A program made the position numbers and the translations under genes. Shown in pieces: positions 51,701-64,000 of a stretch of DNA of 64,000 nucleotides. Numbering within the stretch: position 1 is the stretch's first letter; every line of letters starts with the position of its first letter. The notes beneath the pieces were generated by a model. That model did no database searches. It was given only the letters and a program-made list of their open reading frames with translations, and was not told the origin of the DNA. This DNA comes from Octopus vulgaris (taxonomy: Eukaryota), in contig OX597815.1 in assembly GCA_951406725.2 (NCBI GenBank), positions 143,344,001 through 143,408,000 on the forward strand. Reading direction: 5' to 3'.

Positions 51701-53569
51701 GAGTTTGTTTCTTTGTTTTTGTTTTGTTGGGTTTTTTTTTGTTTGTTCGTTTGTTTGTTTCCTCTTCAGCTGTCATTTAAACAAGTCAAGTGGAAAAAGG
51801 CATCAAACATAAACATCTTTATATCTGCACTTGATTTTTATTGAGCGATATCTTCTTCTTGTTACTATTGTTGTTGTCGTTGTTGTGGTTCATGGTGGCA
51901 GGAATGTGTATTTTAGCTGTTGTGATGGTGAGAGTGTGTGTGTTGTGGTCGTTATGGTGATGGCGATGATATGTGTTGTTGTTGTGATGGTGGTGGTGGT
52001 GGTGTTGGTGGTGTAGATGATGATGATGTGTTGTGGTGGAGGTGGTGGTGGCATGTAACTTGCTGTTTTGTTGTTATAGTTGTGCACAGCTACCATTGTA
52101 GTTGTAAAACTGTTGTACATGTTGGTGATATTGATGTAGTGGCGGTAGTAGTGGAGTGGTGGTTTCTGTTGCTTTTCTGTTTACTGTTGATGCTGTACTT
52201 GTTGCTGTTGATGCTGTTGCTGTAGCTGCAGCTGTTGCTGTTGTAAATCACAACTGTGTACAACAACAACAGCAACAACCAAAAACAACAACAACTACAA
52301 CAATAACCAAAACAACAGCAGTTACGATGTGTCTTCAATGGATTGGCATCATTACACAAGAGAAGAATTTATAAAACAAGCAAATACATATAAGTACAAA
52401 ACAAAAACGAAATACAAAAGTAATTAATAAAAAGGGAAACACTGGAAACACAGCTGCTACAACAACAATAGACAAGAAAATCCAGCATTCTAAATCAGAG
52501 TCAATAGACTCTAGTTTGGAAGAGAGAATTCTTGTGAAGAGATTCCTCAACTTCACAGAGCGAAGGATTCCATTGATTGTATTTTAGTGAGGTTTAGATG
52601 GGGAGATGTTTAGAAACAGTGACGCTAACACATATGAGGTACTGTTGATGCTGACTGCTTTACATTGAGAGAGGATTTAATGCAGGGTGGGGGGACATAT
52701 TATGGGGTTTTAATGTTATTTGTTAGTTTGCACCCCTAACTGCCTCCTAAAAAGACAAAAAAAAAAAAAAAAACGAACCCTTTTTTTTTTTCATTTTCCA
52801 TTTTATTTTGCAAAATCAAGAAAAAAAACACTGAATAAAATAAAATAAAGTAAAACTAAAATGTGCAATTTAAAAGTAAAAAAAATAATAAAAAAAGAGA
52901 GAGAGAGAAAAGGCCTTCCTAAATACATGAAGCATTTTATGGTGAGTGAGTGTGATTTGAAATCACAAACCAAGATTGATAGCTTCACAAGAACTGAAAG
53001 ACTCTATTTGTCACAGAGATCAACTCTTAATCTCTAATGGAAGTAGGATGGATTAAAAGATGCTATTTGCTGAATAATTTTTAAACTGACTGAAATTCCA
53101 AATTCTAGATTCCTTTTCTGTAGAAATCATTGCTTTGCCTTCTCCCCCTCCCCTCTCTGAGTCAACCCTAAATGAAATTAGAATTTGTAATTTCTGATGA
53201 ATTACTGCCTGGCATTTAGTGTGAGAGAATGAAGTATTCTATGTAACTTTATTCACTTAAACCCTTCACCTCTCACCTTATCTAGCTGCAATCGCTTCAC
53301 ACACATTTTTGAATGTGAATAATATCACTCTGAAATGGAATCATTGACACAAATATAGTTCTCTGTTATAATTGCCATTGTGGATTAATGTTGCCTTTAT
53401 TTTTCAATTTACCAATTAAAATAATAAGAAAAAAATTGTTAATCTTTTAGGCTTTGAAAGAGTGAATGAAATTTATTAATTATAAATATCTGATTTATCA
53501 AAACACATGTGCACACAGACACACACATGTTATCATACATATCTACATATATATATATATATATATATA

Positions 53570-54081
53570 CTAGCAGTATCGCCTGGCGTTGCTCGGGTTT
53601 GTAAGGGAAATAACTATATAAGCATTTTTAGAGAGTTACTTCCCTTATAGATGCCAATTCGGGCTTTCTTAGCCATTTCTGTTTTGGTGTCTTCAAGCCA
53701 TGAAGTCGTTGTTCTAAAAGAACGCTGGTCTCCTTGACAACGCTTTACGACGTTGATTTCCTTACACTCCCTTCCCCACAGCTTCACGAGGGAGGGAAGA
53801 AGGGGGAGAAGCAAACAGGTGCAGGTGTGACCATGGACGCCAACTCCGCCGCCATTGACACACAAAAAATTATGCATTAAAATGGAATAAAAAATGATGT
53901 TAAATTATTTTTAAAATCGTAGACTCATCGTAGACACGCGCTAATACTCAGACGGGCTCAATATGAATCACGACTATAAGATACCCGAATTTGGTTAAAC
54001 TGCACCGCAAAATGTGGGAGTAGTTAGGAATCTAAATCGAAGGGGACAGACACTCACACAACTACAGTTTTATATATATAG

Positions 54082-54082
<1 letters not shown>
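53570..54082 (-). mobile_element. Non-autonomous Helitron
   Basis: On the minus strand it begins A|TCTATATATATAAAA and ends cccgagcaacgccagg (hairpin)-cgatactg-CTAG|T, inserted between A and T. CpG-rich, so probably young. Confidence 0.85.
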
Positions 54083-54137
<55 letters not shown>

Positions 54138-54411
54138 GTATATATCTTTTACTTGTTTCAGTCATTACAAAGTGGCAATGTTGGGACCGTTGCCTTGAGG
54201 AATTTTAGATGAAAGAATCAACCCCAGTACATTTTAGTTTTATTTGGGGTTTTTTTTTTTGCTTTTTTGTTTCTTTTTAGCCTTGTTCTTATCCTACCTG
54301 GCTCTTTTGTCAGGCCACAAAGTTAGAGGGACATAAACATACCAACACCAATAGCCAAGCAGTGATGGGGAACAAACACAGACATAAAGACATACACACA
54401 ATGTGTGTGTA

Positions 54412-54920
54412 GGTGCATATGTAGCTGTGTGGTAAGAAGCTTGCTTCCCAATCACATGATTCTGGGTTCAGTCCCACTGTGTGGCACCTAGTGCAAGTGT
54501 CTTCTACTATAGCCTCAGGTCAACCAAACCCTTGTGAGTGAATTTGGTAGATGGAAACTGAAAGCAGCCTGTCATATATATATATATATATATACCGGAG
54601 TAAACACATAAATGTGAAACAAGGTGGAAAAAAGAGTACTCAAATACCAGTGGTAGAGTAATATTTCAGCTTTATATTTATATGTCTGTATATGTATTGG
54701 GTTTGCACGCATCTATTCTGTGTATGTTGATATATATGTATACTTTAATATGAATATGTATTGCTGTGTTATATTTTTAATGCATATTTTTAATGCATAT
54801 CAATTTCCATGTATTAATTATATTTCCTTCATTAAGGTCAATATGTATTTTATTCAATGTAAGGTTTTTCCTCGAATTTTATAATTTTTTATATTTTTTA
54901 TATTTTTTACATATTTTTAT

Positions 54921-54959
<39 letters not shown>

Positions 54960-55158
54960 GAACTCGTCTTTGTTTATCGCTCGAAAATTGACCGTTATTT
55001 CTAAAGGGCCAATCAAACAAGTCCATTTTTTAAAGGTGTAGCGTTTGTAATAGTCTGGATAGAATTCACATATCGGTTCCATTCTAGCAAAAACTGTCCG
55101 ACGAATGGCAACCTGAGAGTAACAGGTTTTGTTGAATTTTCTGCTTTTTTAAATAAAG

Positions 55159-55197
<39 letters not shown>

Positions 55198-55410
55198 ATA
55201 TTTATGTGTATGTGTGTGTCTTTGTGTCTGTGTTTGTTCCTCCACCATTGATGTTGGTGTGCTTACATCTCCATAACTTAGTGGTTCAGCAAAAGAGACC
55301 AATAGGATACATTACAAAGAATAAGTCCTGGTGTCAATTGCTTCGACTAAAAGCCCTTTAAGGTAGTGCTCCAGCATGGCCACAGTCAAAATGACTGAAA
55401 CAATTAAAAG
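54412..55410 (+). mobile_element. SINE family K copy with a Penelope-derived insertion (54593-55160) in its internal microsatellite
   Basis: Head at 54412-54575, 3' half at 55225-55410. The insert shares both ends with 56123-56298. Confidence 0.7.
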
Positions 55411-55419
55411 AATTATATG

Positions 55420-55760
55420 TGGCTGTTGCCAGCCTCGCCTGGCCCCCATGCCGGTGGCACGTAAAAAGCACCATCCGTTTGTGGCCGTTGCCAGCCTCGC
55501 CTGGCCCCCGTGCTGGTGGAACATAAAAAGCACCATCCGATCATGGCCGTTTGCCAGACTCGTCTGGTACCTGTGCCAGTGGCACGTAAAAAGCACCCAC
55601 TACACTCATGGAGTGGTTGGCGTTAGGAAGGGCATCCAGCCGTAGAAACATTACCAGATCAAACTGGGCCTGGTGCAGCCTTCTGGCTTCCCAGACCCCA
55701 GTTGAACCGTCCCACCCATGCTAGCATGGAAAGCGGACGCTAAACGATGATGATGATAAT
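55420..55760 (+). mobile_element. RTE-tail element with three tandem units
   Basis: ggcacgtaaaaagcacc units, conserved 3' block, gatgatgat tail. Confidence 0.85.
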
Positions 55761-56080
55761 GAATAAAAGATATATATATGCCGATGTACAAGTACTTACT
55801 TTTATTCATTATATTAATTTTTATTGTTCAACTTATACTTTATTTGATTTTAGATTCATATTTTGATAAATAATGTTTCTTTATATGGTATTTGCTGTGA
55901 TTTTGTATTTATATGGTATTTACTTTTATATATTATATGATTGTAATAATCTTACTGTTCAATATTATATATTATCAAAATTTTAGATTAGTATTTTGTA
56001 TGGTATATGTCACACAGCATGGTTTTAGAGAGGTTCTTCATTGACTGAGCTGTGGAGTGGTGGTTTGTGTCTAAATTAGT

Positions 56081-56122
<42 letters not shown>

Positions 56123-56127
<5 letters not shown>

Positions 56128-56293
56128 GGAGTAAACACATAAATGTGAAACAAGGTGGAAAAAAGAGTACTCAAATACCAGTGGTAGAGTAATATGCTTT
56201 ATTTTGCTATAATATAGCAAAAACTGTCTGATGAACAGCAACGAGAAACTCAGAGTAACAGATTTTGTTGAATTTTCTGCTGCTTTAAATAAA

Positions 56294-56298
<5 letters not shown>
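56123..56298 (+). mobile_element. Short (TA)n-inserted pLTR-like element with a hammerhead core
   Basis: First ~70 nt identical to 54593-54663. actgt-CTGATGA-acagcaacga-GAAA-ctc-agagt at 56223-56256. Confidence 0.65.
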
Positions 56299-56332
<34 letters not shown>

Positions 56333-57758
56333 CATACATACATATATAAATAAATACAGACAAACAGACAGATAGATAGATAGATACACACAAGGCAATT
56401 GGTAATTTGCTGTGTTTAAGAAGACTCACTCACCTATGTAAAATCAAGGTCACGCAGATATATCCTTTAAGTTCATGCCCCATCTCCCATACAAAATCTT
56501 CCCCCATCCACATTGAATCTCTTCCCCAAAAACATATCCTCTCAATACCCCCTCCTTCTACCTGTACCTACTCATTACACCCTCTCTCCATCTGCAACTC
56601 TCCTTTTGCACTCTCCACTCTCTCTTCCCACCTGTGGTAGCCATGTTTTCCCACCTCTAATGCAAAACTCCTTTGTCTGTCCCTCAATACTACTCCCACC
56701 TCAAAAAAGGGTCCTGTCTGGCAAGTTAGATGGTGACCTCACTGCTGCTGGTGCCTTATAAAAAGTACCTCATACATTCTGTGAAGTGGCTGACACTAGG
56801 AAGGGCATCCAACTGTAGACACCTTGCCAAAGTAGACAGAAGGGATTGGTGCAGTTTTCTGACCTGTCACTTTTAATGGAACCATCCAATCCATGCCAGT
56901 ATGGAAAACAGACATTAAATGATGCTAATGATGATGTATGTATGTATGTATGTATGTAAGAATGTATGTATGTATGTATGTAAGAATGTATGTATGTATG
57001 TATGTATGTATAAATTTGTAGCATAAGGTATGGATTCAGAAAATTGTGTGGTTATATCACAGAAAGCTCCTTTTACAGACTCAGTTAACAATCCACATAG
57101 TAATTCAATAGGCAAATGTAATGTAGAGTGTCCTTACAGCTAAATTCCAGAAGATCCAATTGATGAAATTATTTTATGATGTGTATTATAAACCACAAAA
57201 GTCAGGAGGTAGGTGAGGTGAATATATTAACTTAATCACTTTTCATCCTTAGGATTACGGCTGTTTCACAGCTTTCTTCATGTAGTAGCAATCTCAGTGT
57301 GGAAGAAATTATGTTTATATATTTGCCTCAATATGCATGCTTGCTACACATTATACAATACATCTGTATATTCACAAATCAATTCAAATAAAGAAAGTTA
57401 GCTTTCTTTATTTACATTGATCTGTGAATATACAATTGTATTGAATAATATGATTTTCGGTATTATTTGATTCTCAGTCTGAAGAATTTCTAATATAAAA
57501 TTTCTTAGATGTTTTTCTAACATGTGCAACTTTGTGATCCCTTTAGCAAGTGTAACATATTTAATGGTGAATAAATGATACCAAAAATATTTTCCAGCTT
57601 CCTTTTCTGTTACATAAAAACTCTGCAAAGAATATTTCCAGAATTTTCAACTCTGATATGCACCTCACATCGATACAACTACAACAGCAAACACATATTG
57701 GATCGTAATACTAGACTAAGCAGATGTACTTCAAGAAGGCACAGCTTGGATTTTACCC

Positions 57759-57789
<31 letters not shown>

Positions 57790-58140
57790 ATGATGATGAT
57801 GATGATATATATATATACATGTTAGTCACTCAAATTCCAGCATAGTTATATAACAAGAAAGTACTTAGTCTCATTTTATGGCACCTTCATCAAGTGCCTT
57901 CTATTATAGCCAATGAAAACTGTGTAAGTTAAATGTTAAATAGAAACTGAAAGAAACCTTCTGTGTGTGTATGTGTGCTTTGCAAAATGAGGTGTGTTGT
58001 TGTTATGTATCCTGTCCACAAATCATTTTTAACTTTGTATGTTCAAAGACATATAAAATATAAGATCTTGTATTTGGAAAACGGATAAGTGTTAGTGAAA
58101 AAAAAAGTATCTGGCTGTAAAACAATGCCTTGATAGCATA

Positions 58141-58315
58141 TACAAGAGGGTACTAAACAGTTCCTAGCTTTGGATAAAAAAAAATGGAAAATCAGTTAAT
58201 TATGATTCTATTCAACATATTCCCCTCTCAGATTCACATACTTATGGCAGCAGTCCTTCAGTTTTCCTAAGCCCTCTAAAAGAACTTGGTCAAGAACTTT
58301 TCAGGACTTCCTCAT
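58141..58315 (-). mobile_element. Mariner-derived MITE, same family as 22211-22428
   Basis: Reverse match (aacatattcccctctcagattcaca...gtccttcagtttt). Confidence 0.7.
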
Positions 58316-58764
58316 GTGTCTAAACTGTGGTAGCATAGAAAAACAGACATAAAAATGTATGAACGAATACACGCACACACAAACTGTAAAAAGTGATAGT
58401 AAAGAACTGTGCATGATATAACAAAAGGACACTAAAGTCAAAATGTTATATTTGGCAAATAAATTGAGGTGCCATAAGGAATGAGCCTGACAGTGAAAAA
58501 GATTGAGGCATGAAGAAGATGCTGTTGAAATAATCAGCAGAGCTGATTCTCTCCAAGAACCAATATAACTTAAAGAGAAGACTGTGATTTGATACTAATT
58601 GAAGTAAAATGGCCATCATAAATTGTTCTGTGATTCTATCAATTTTACAGAGTGAAGACAAGCATGGTACAATGAAGTGATCAATCAAAAGAAAGCAAAA
58701 CCGTATACACATACATGTATATATATATATATATATATGCACATATACACACACATACATACTT

Positions 58765-58815
<51 letters not shown>

Positions 58816-58900
58816 AGGATATACACACACACAAGTACCCAAACAAAAATATACACAGAAAAACAAATCATATAAATACAGAGAAACATACTCAGACAGA

Positions 58901-58932
<32 letters not shown>

Positions 58933-60469
58933 TATGTGTGTATCCACACATGCATATGTTAAATTATAAGTATGCACATACACAACGTGCAAATACAGAC
59001 ACGCATACATATACACAGGTCAAAACATATACACATATCAATATACATACACACATGCAGACTAACACACAACAAGCACAAAGATACACGCACACACATA
59101 TACACAAAACAATGATGTGTATGTGTATACACACACACACACACACTGCCATATTTGGTGAGGAGATGGGTGTCACTGAAGAAGCGGAACGGATTCAATG
59201 AATTCTCCAAGATCAGTTGAAAGACATTCCCAGCTTTTTGCAGCAAGTCATTCTGGCAACGTTCCAGAGAAGGAAGCAGCAATAACAGACTCTTTTACTA
59301 TAGATTACAATACTAATCACCATTTCCACAGAGCACAACACACAGCTATGCTTGTTACTGGTCAATAGAGGAGCTGAGCCCTAAATAAAGATTTTTAGGG
59401 CTCTTTGTTACAGCCCCTGCTGTTGCTGTTAGTCTTGGTTGACAGCATTGGATTGTGAGAGATAGGGGCAGGGTTAGATGGGACATCTGACTGCATGAAT
59501 GGCTGAACACAAGAGCAGCGATGCAGGAAGGTAGAAAGCATGAGAGCGAATGAGGGAGAAACAATAGAAAGGATGAGGCTGGGTCAGAATGAATGGTGGT
59601 GGGAGGTTGCACAGGAGGAGCAGAATGGTGAGGTATCAGGTCCCATAGCAACAGGAAGGTTAGGAATGTAATTCATCAAGACAAAAATGATGAGTTGTGA
59701 TTTTTTTTTTTAAAGTGGAGAAAAAGCCCAGACACAGATGGTGGGAGAGGAGGGTTGAATGGTTGCACGAGTGGGGTGGGGAGAGAAATGGAAGAATAAA
59801 AAGGGAACATGGAACATGATAAATTGTTGATTTTCCTCTCAGGAATTGAACCAGATCACAGTACTATACAGTAGGACATGGTGAAGGGGTGAGAGAGAGA
59901 GAGAGCAATTCCATTGCAACAGGGCTGTGGAATTGGTAAATGATGGCACCAGTTCATAGTTTCAATGCTGAGATTTTCAATTGGAAGGAGATAAAAAGAA
60001 GAGGAGGAGGAAGAGGAGGAAGCGTAGTAATTAAATTTTGTTTTATTGATTTATATTTTGATTTGTTGGTATTTAATTAAGTAATTTATTTTATGTTTAC
60101 AATTTTTGATTTTAAATTTTGCAATTAGTATTTATTACATCAAGGTCTCAAGCGTGTAGATTGCGTATATAAATTAGAAAGTTTGCGTGTAATAAACAAG
60201 TGATTCATGTATATTTATAAGTATCCACATTCTTGAGAATTTCAAATGACATTTTCTCCAGTCACGTCTACATACATTCATTTACACACATGACCTTCCA
60301 CACACACACACAAATTTATATGAATATGTATTTATAAGGATGATGGATTTATATCCACGAGGGTGCATACATATATATGTGCATGTATCATTGAGTGGCT
60401 GTATGTATATATGTGTGTATATGTAAATATGTGTGCATTTATATGTGTATGTTGTGGACAGTAATGCCT

Positions 60470-60640
60470 GACTAGCCCCCATGCCAGTGGCATGCAAAAA
60501 GCACCCACTACTCTCTCGGAGTGATTGGTGTTAGGAAGGTCATCCAAATGTAGAAACCTTACTAGATCAGATAGTCAAACCACCTAACCCATGCCAGCAT
60601 GGAAAGTAGACGTTAAACAATGACAACGCTGATGATGTGG
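60470..60640 (+). mobile_element. RTE-tail element (short)
   Basis: aaaagcacccactac...ttaggaagg...cccatgccagcatggaaag. Further decayed copies at 38700-38940 and 56700-56935. Confidence 0.7.
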
Positions 60641-60667
60641 ATATATATATATATATATATATATATA

Positions 60668-60850
60668 TGGAGAATTCACAAAAAACGAAAGACGAAGACA
60701 GGTTTTGTAGACAACAAACAGATGATGTATTAGTATAACGCTCAGGAAGTGAAAAAGTCTTTAACGTTTTGAGCCTACGCTCTTCCATGGAAAGGAACAC
60801 AGAAAGAAACAAAGAGAGAAAATAATGTGTAGTGGCTAGTGATCTATCAT
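60668..60850 (-). mobile_element. Short (TA)n-inserted pLTR-like element with a decayed hammerhead motif
   Basis: Minus strand ccatggaa-gagc gtag gctc-aaaa-cgttaaa...cttcctgagc mirrors the 31515-31695 layout. Confidence 0.55.
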
Positions 60851-61063
60851 AGCGAATCAATATCTATCTATCTCTCTCTCTATATATATATACACACACA
60901 TACAAATGTACAAGCACACATTTATATACATACATATGCATACACACATATATACTATATATACATACACAGCCATGTACTGATACATGTACGTTCATAT
61001 GTGTGCACCATGATATATATATATGTATATATATTTGTACATATATATATATATATGTATGTG

Positions 61064-61105
<42 letters not shown>

Positions 61106-61176
61106 CATATACATATAGGTATGTTTGTGTATGCACAGATATTCAGCTGTACTTTACGTATTATTAGATCCCTTAC

Positions 61177-61287
61177 CTTGATGCTGTTTATAGGAGAACT
61201 TGTTCCTGCCAGATTTACGAAGACCCATATTCCGAAAGAGTTTCCCTAATGCTGTTGTTTTCTTCTTGCTCTCAACCATATCCTTCT
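61177..61287 (-). CDS. SASH1: SASH1-like gene, internal coding exon A (KDMVESKKKTTALGKLFRNMGLRKSGRNKFSYKQHQ)
   Basis: Acceptor tattgttttgcag| and donor caag|gtaagg on the minus strand. 111 nt, only one open frame, phase 1 to phase 1, joins exon B in frame. The basic, Lys-rich segment sits where SASH1 has its KKKNKYFWQNFRK region. Confidence 0.8.
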
Positions 61288-61429
61288 CTGCAAAACAATA
61301 ATAATAACCCCAGTGTCACTTTGATGGCATACGCTGCTCTGTCATTCAATGATAATAATAACAATAGCAATAATAATAATAATGATAATAATAATAATAA
61401 TAATAGCAATAATAACAACAACAATTGTA

Positions 61430-62090
61430 TTGTTTATTTGCCAGAAAGGTAATAGAAGGATGGAACATCCCAAGGAAAAGAAATTCCAAAAATATCAATA
61501 GAAGGGATTTACATAGAAATAAGAAAAAGAAAAACAGGTATGGAAAATAATGGTATGAAAGTTATGAAATGAGACATCCCACTTAGCTGGGGACAATTAT
61601 CTGATTGAAGGTGGGGGCACAATCAAGGAACTCCTCAGATTTGGGATTTCTAGAACTGCCAAACAGTATATACCCTCTCCTCACTGGGTACTCCAGCCTA
61701 CAGATTCATGCTCATATGAAACACCATTCACTCAGGCCTTGTTCACTGCCCTCACTCATCTTTCAGCAAATTTGCTGGAGTGTAGCACCTCCCCTTTCTA
61801 CCCTCACTTTCCTCTTCAGTTGGAGACTGAAGAAGCTGATGATGATGGTTTGGCCAAAGAAGGTGTCAGTCTTTAGTCCTTTTGGTCCTATCCATGATAG
61901 AATCACTTTTGTCATTACCACCAGGGAGAAGGAAACTACTTGCTCTTCTTGACCAAAGAAAAGTGGTGGGCTCTTAGCCAGATCCATCCTGCACCGAACA
62001 GAATGTTTGGAGAACAGTTTTGTCCCTTGCACACATAATGAGGCAAACCTGGCTAACTACATTACCACCCCTGGAGGGGTTATCATGAAC
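61430..62090 (-). mobile_element. Tx1/L1-clade LINE 3' end (ORF2 C-terminus, 3'UTR, AATAAA)
   Basis: Translation LVVMTKVILSWIGPKGLKTDTFFGQTIIISFFSLQLKRKVRVER resembles Tx1 ORF2 C-termini. Ends aaataaac followed by a (TTG/TTA)n tract. Confidence 0.55.
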
Positions 62091-62194
62091 TGGGAATGCT
62101 ACCCCAGTTATAGCAACAACAACAGCAATAATTATAATAATAACAATAATAATAATAATAATGATGATGATGATGATGATGATGATGATAATAA

Positions 62195-62380
62195 CAGTTT
62201 CAAATTTTGTCACAAGGGCAGCAATTTTGGGGGAGGAGATGAGTTGATTAGATTGACCCCAGTATTCAACTGGTACTTAATTTATCGACCCTGAAGGTAT
62301 GAAAGCAAAGTCGACCTCGGCAGAATTTGAACGCAGAACAGCAACAGGCGTGCTAACAATTCTGCCAGCTCACCACCTTA
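62195..62380 (-). mobile_element. SINE family M copy flanked by (AAT)n
   Basis: ctggtacttaatttatcgaccc...aaagtcgacctcggcagaatttgaac...ctgccagctcacc. Confidence 0.8.
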
Positions 62381-62423
<43 letters not shown>

Positions 62424-64000
62424 TAATAATAACAACAATTAAACAGAAGTCCACAGATTTTTAAAGAAGAATGATTTAACCTAATATACAACTAGTACTT
62501 ATTTTTTTCTATGATGGTGACGGTGATGGTGCTGGTGCTGATGGTTGTGATAAAGGTAGTGATGATGGTGGAGGTAGTGGGGGTGATTATGATAAAGGTG
62601 GTGATGGTGGTGGTGGTGGTGGTGGTGGTAGAGGTGGTTCAGTGATGATAATGATGATGATGCAGTTATTTTAATTGACTTTGATCAAGTAGACCTATGA
62701 TTTAAAATGATATCTTTCAGATGGCACTCTCCTGTCCTTTATACAGGCATAATGCATCTAGGAATACATTATCCAATATGTCATTGTTTTATTAAGACAG
62801 TTGTGCAATCAATACGAGGAAGGTTTGGCTGCTATTTCTAAAAGATCAAATGACCATGCAGAGACTCTGCCATTGACCTGTTGCTGATAATGATGGTGAT
62901 GATGATGATGATAATGTGGAAGAGGAGATGGAGGAAGAGGGGGAGGAGGACAAACCGAGCGTGGGGTGAGGTTAGCAACTGAGTGGTTGGAGTAGCAGAC
63001 AAAATGAAATGTCAACAGGTGATGTTTAGAAGACAAGAGACAAAGGTCAATGGTTGCTACACCAGCCAAGAGGAGAGGTCAATGGTTAGTGGTAGCAGAC
63101 AAAATGAGAAGTTAGTGGTTCATATTTTGTGAGCAGCACTGTAGTATGTCTGGCTGGGGTTAACACAGTTAATTGCTCACCTAGCTATAAACTGAGTCCT
63201 ATGAGGTGGTATATCATAACTGTCCACCTGGCCATAAATAGTTACTACAAGGTGGTGTATCTCTCATCTACAGGGAATGACACTGATAATGACATACTGA
63301 CTTATAGCTCGAAGTCCAATTCTTTCCATACCCCAAAATAACTACAGATCAATGCTGCACATCTTTATGAAAACTGAAGTGAAGTTTCATAAAGACTATT
63401 AGGGATTCTTGTGGTTTGTTAAAAAAAATTTAGCAAGAACTCCTAGCTATGTAACAATTTTAGTAAACTAAATATCCGTTGAGCATGGTAGATCCACTCC
63501 AAACTGTTGAACATCACACAACTTCTCATGTTAATCCTATATCTATAGCAGATAGAAAGGTTTATGTTGATCCGATATCTATACCAGACAAAAGAGTTTC
63601 ATAAAATATAGGTTTCCCCTTTAGGATTAGGAAATACTTTCAGGTCTGTTCAGTCACTCAGGTCTGTTCAGTCGGCAGTTCTCGAGTCTCTGAACAAGCA
63701 GAGCTGTGTACCACTCTAGACTTCATCAACCTTATTGAAGTTTCTCTCACTATAACCCCATGCTAAGCACAAACAAAATACAATATTTCTTCTCCATAAC
63801 TGCAACTCTCAAAATACATCTTTGTCCTCATTTTCCCTCCGGTACAAGTAACAGTTCACCATCATCCACATCAATCTCGACAATAGGGGAGTACCACCAA
63901 AAGCCCAAGGTATTGCCCTTCTCTTTTGGTCAAATGATATAAATTATAAAAACAGGTCTGTCAAGTATGTTTGTCAAACATTAAACGTGATTCTGTTATT

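Noticed and set aside
58480-58680. Possible CR1-type RT remnant (SLCKIDRITEQF...WFLERIS)
   Set aside because: Similarity is too weak to call without a profile search.
59147-59282. Possible extra exon (LLPSLERCQNDLLQKAGNVFQLILENSLNPFRFFSDTHLLTKYG)
   Set aside because: Phase-compatible but weak donor formed by a (TG)n tract, no good acceptor or in-frame ATG, and no recognisable homology.
505-61249. Dozens of YIYI/CVCV/HTHT-type ORFs in the track
   Set aside because: Translations of (TA)n, (TG)n and (CA)n microsatellites.
47546-62090. The two Tx1-like pieces as one disrupted element
   Set aside because: On the minus strand the 3' piece lies upstream of the 5' piece and host exon A sits between them.

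Overview
Eukaryotic, AT-rich genomic DNA dense in microsatellites and SINEs. The repeat content looks like an octopus (coleoid cephalopod) genome; this is inferred from recalled repeat families, not from a database search. The whole window lies inside one minus-strand gene. Seven GT-AG exons (61177-61287, 44841-44944, 24662-24718, 13944-14067, 12104-12693, 1660-1794, 985-1045) splice with matching phases into one uninterrupted 1182-nt reading frame. That frame contains EITMNDDDRIALMVMVKEGKITTEHALEVVKRFE, which matches the conserved N-terminal motif of SASH1/SLy-family proteins. The start codon and the SH3/SAM exons lie outside the window. The introns hold three tRNA-derived SINE families, RTE-tail elements, Tx1/L1, CR1/Jockey-like and Penelope-like remnants (several with hammerhead ribozyme motifs), Tc1/mariner, hAT and piggyBac MITEs, a Helitron and a HINE. 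The most unusual structures are: a ~4.4-kb quasi-palindrome of 13 SINEs just upstream of a 57-nt exon; a ~1.8-kb degenerate tandem array with a 322-bp higher-order period; an ORF1-only Tx1-like insert splitting a SINE tRNA head; and six nuclear-receptor half-sites in DR2 spacing. No prokaryotic genes, CRISPR arrays, rRNA genes or true tRNA genes were seen. Repeat boundaries are approximate and were read by eye.
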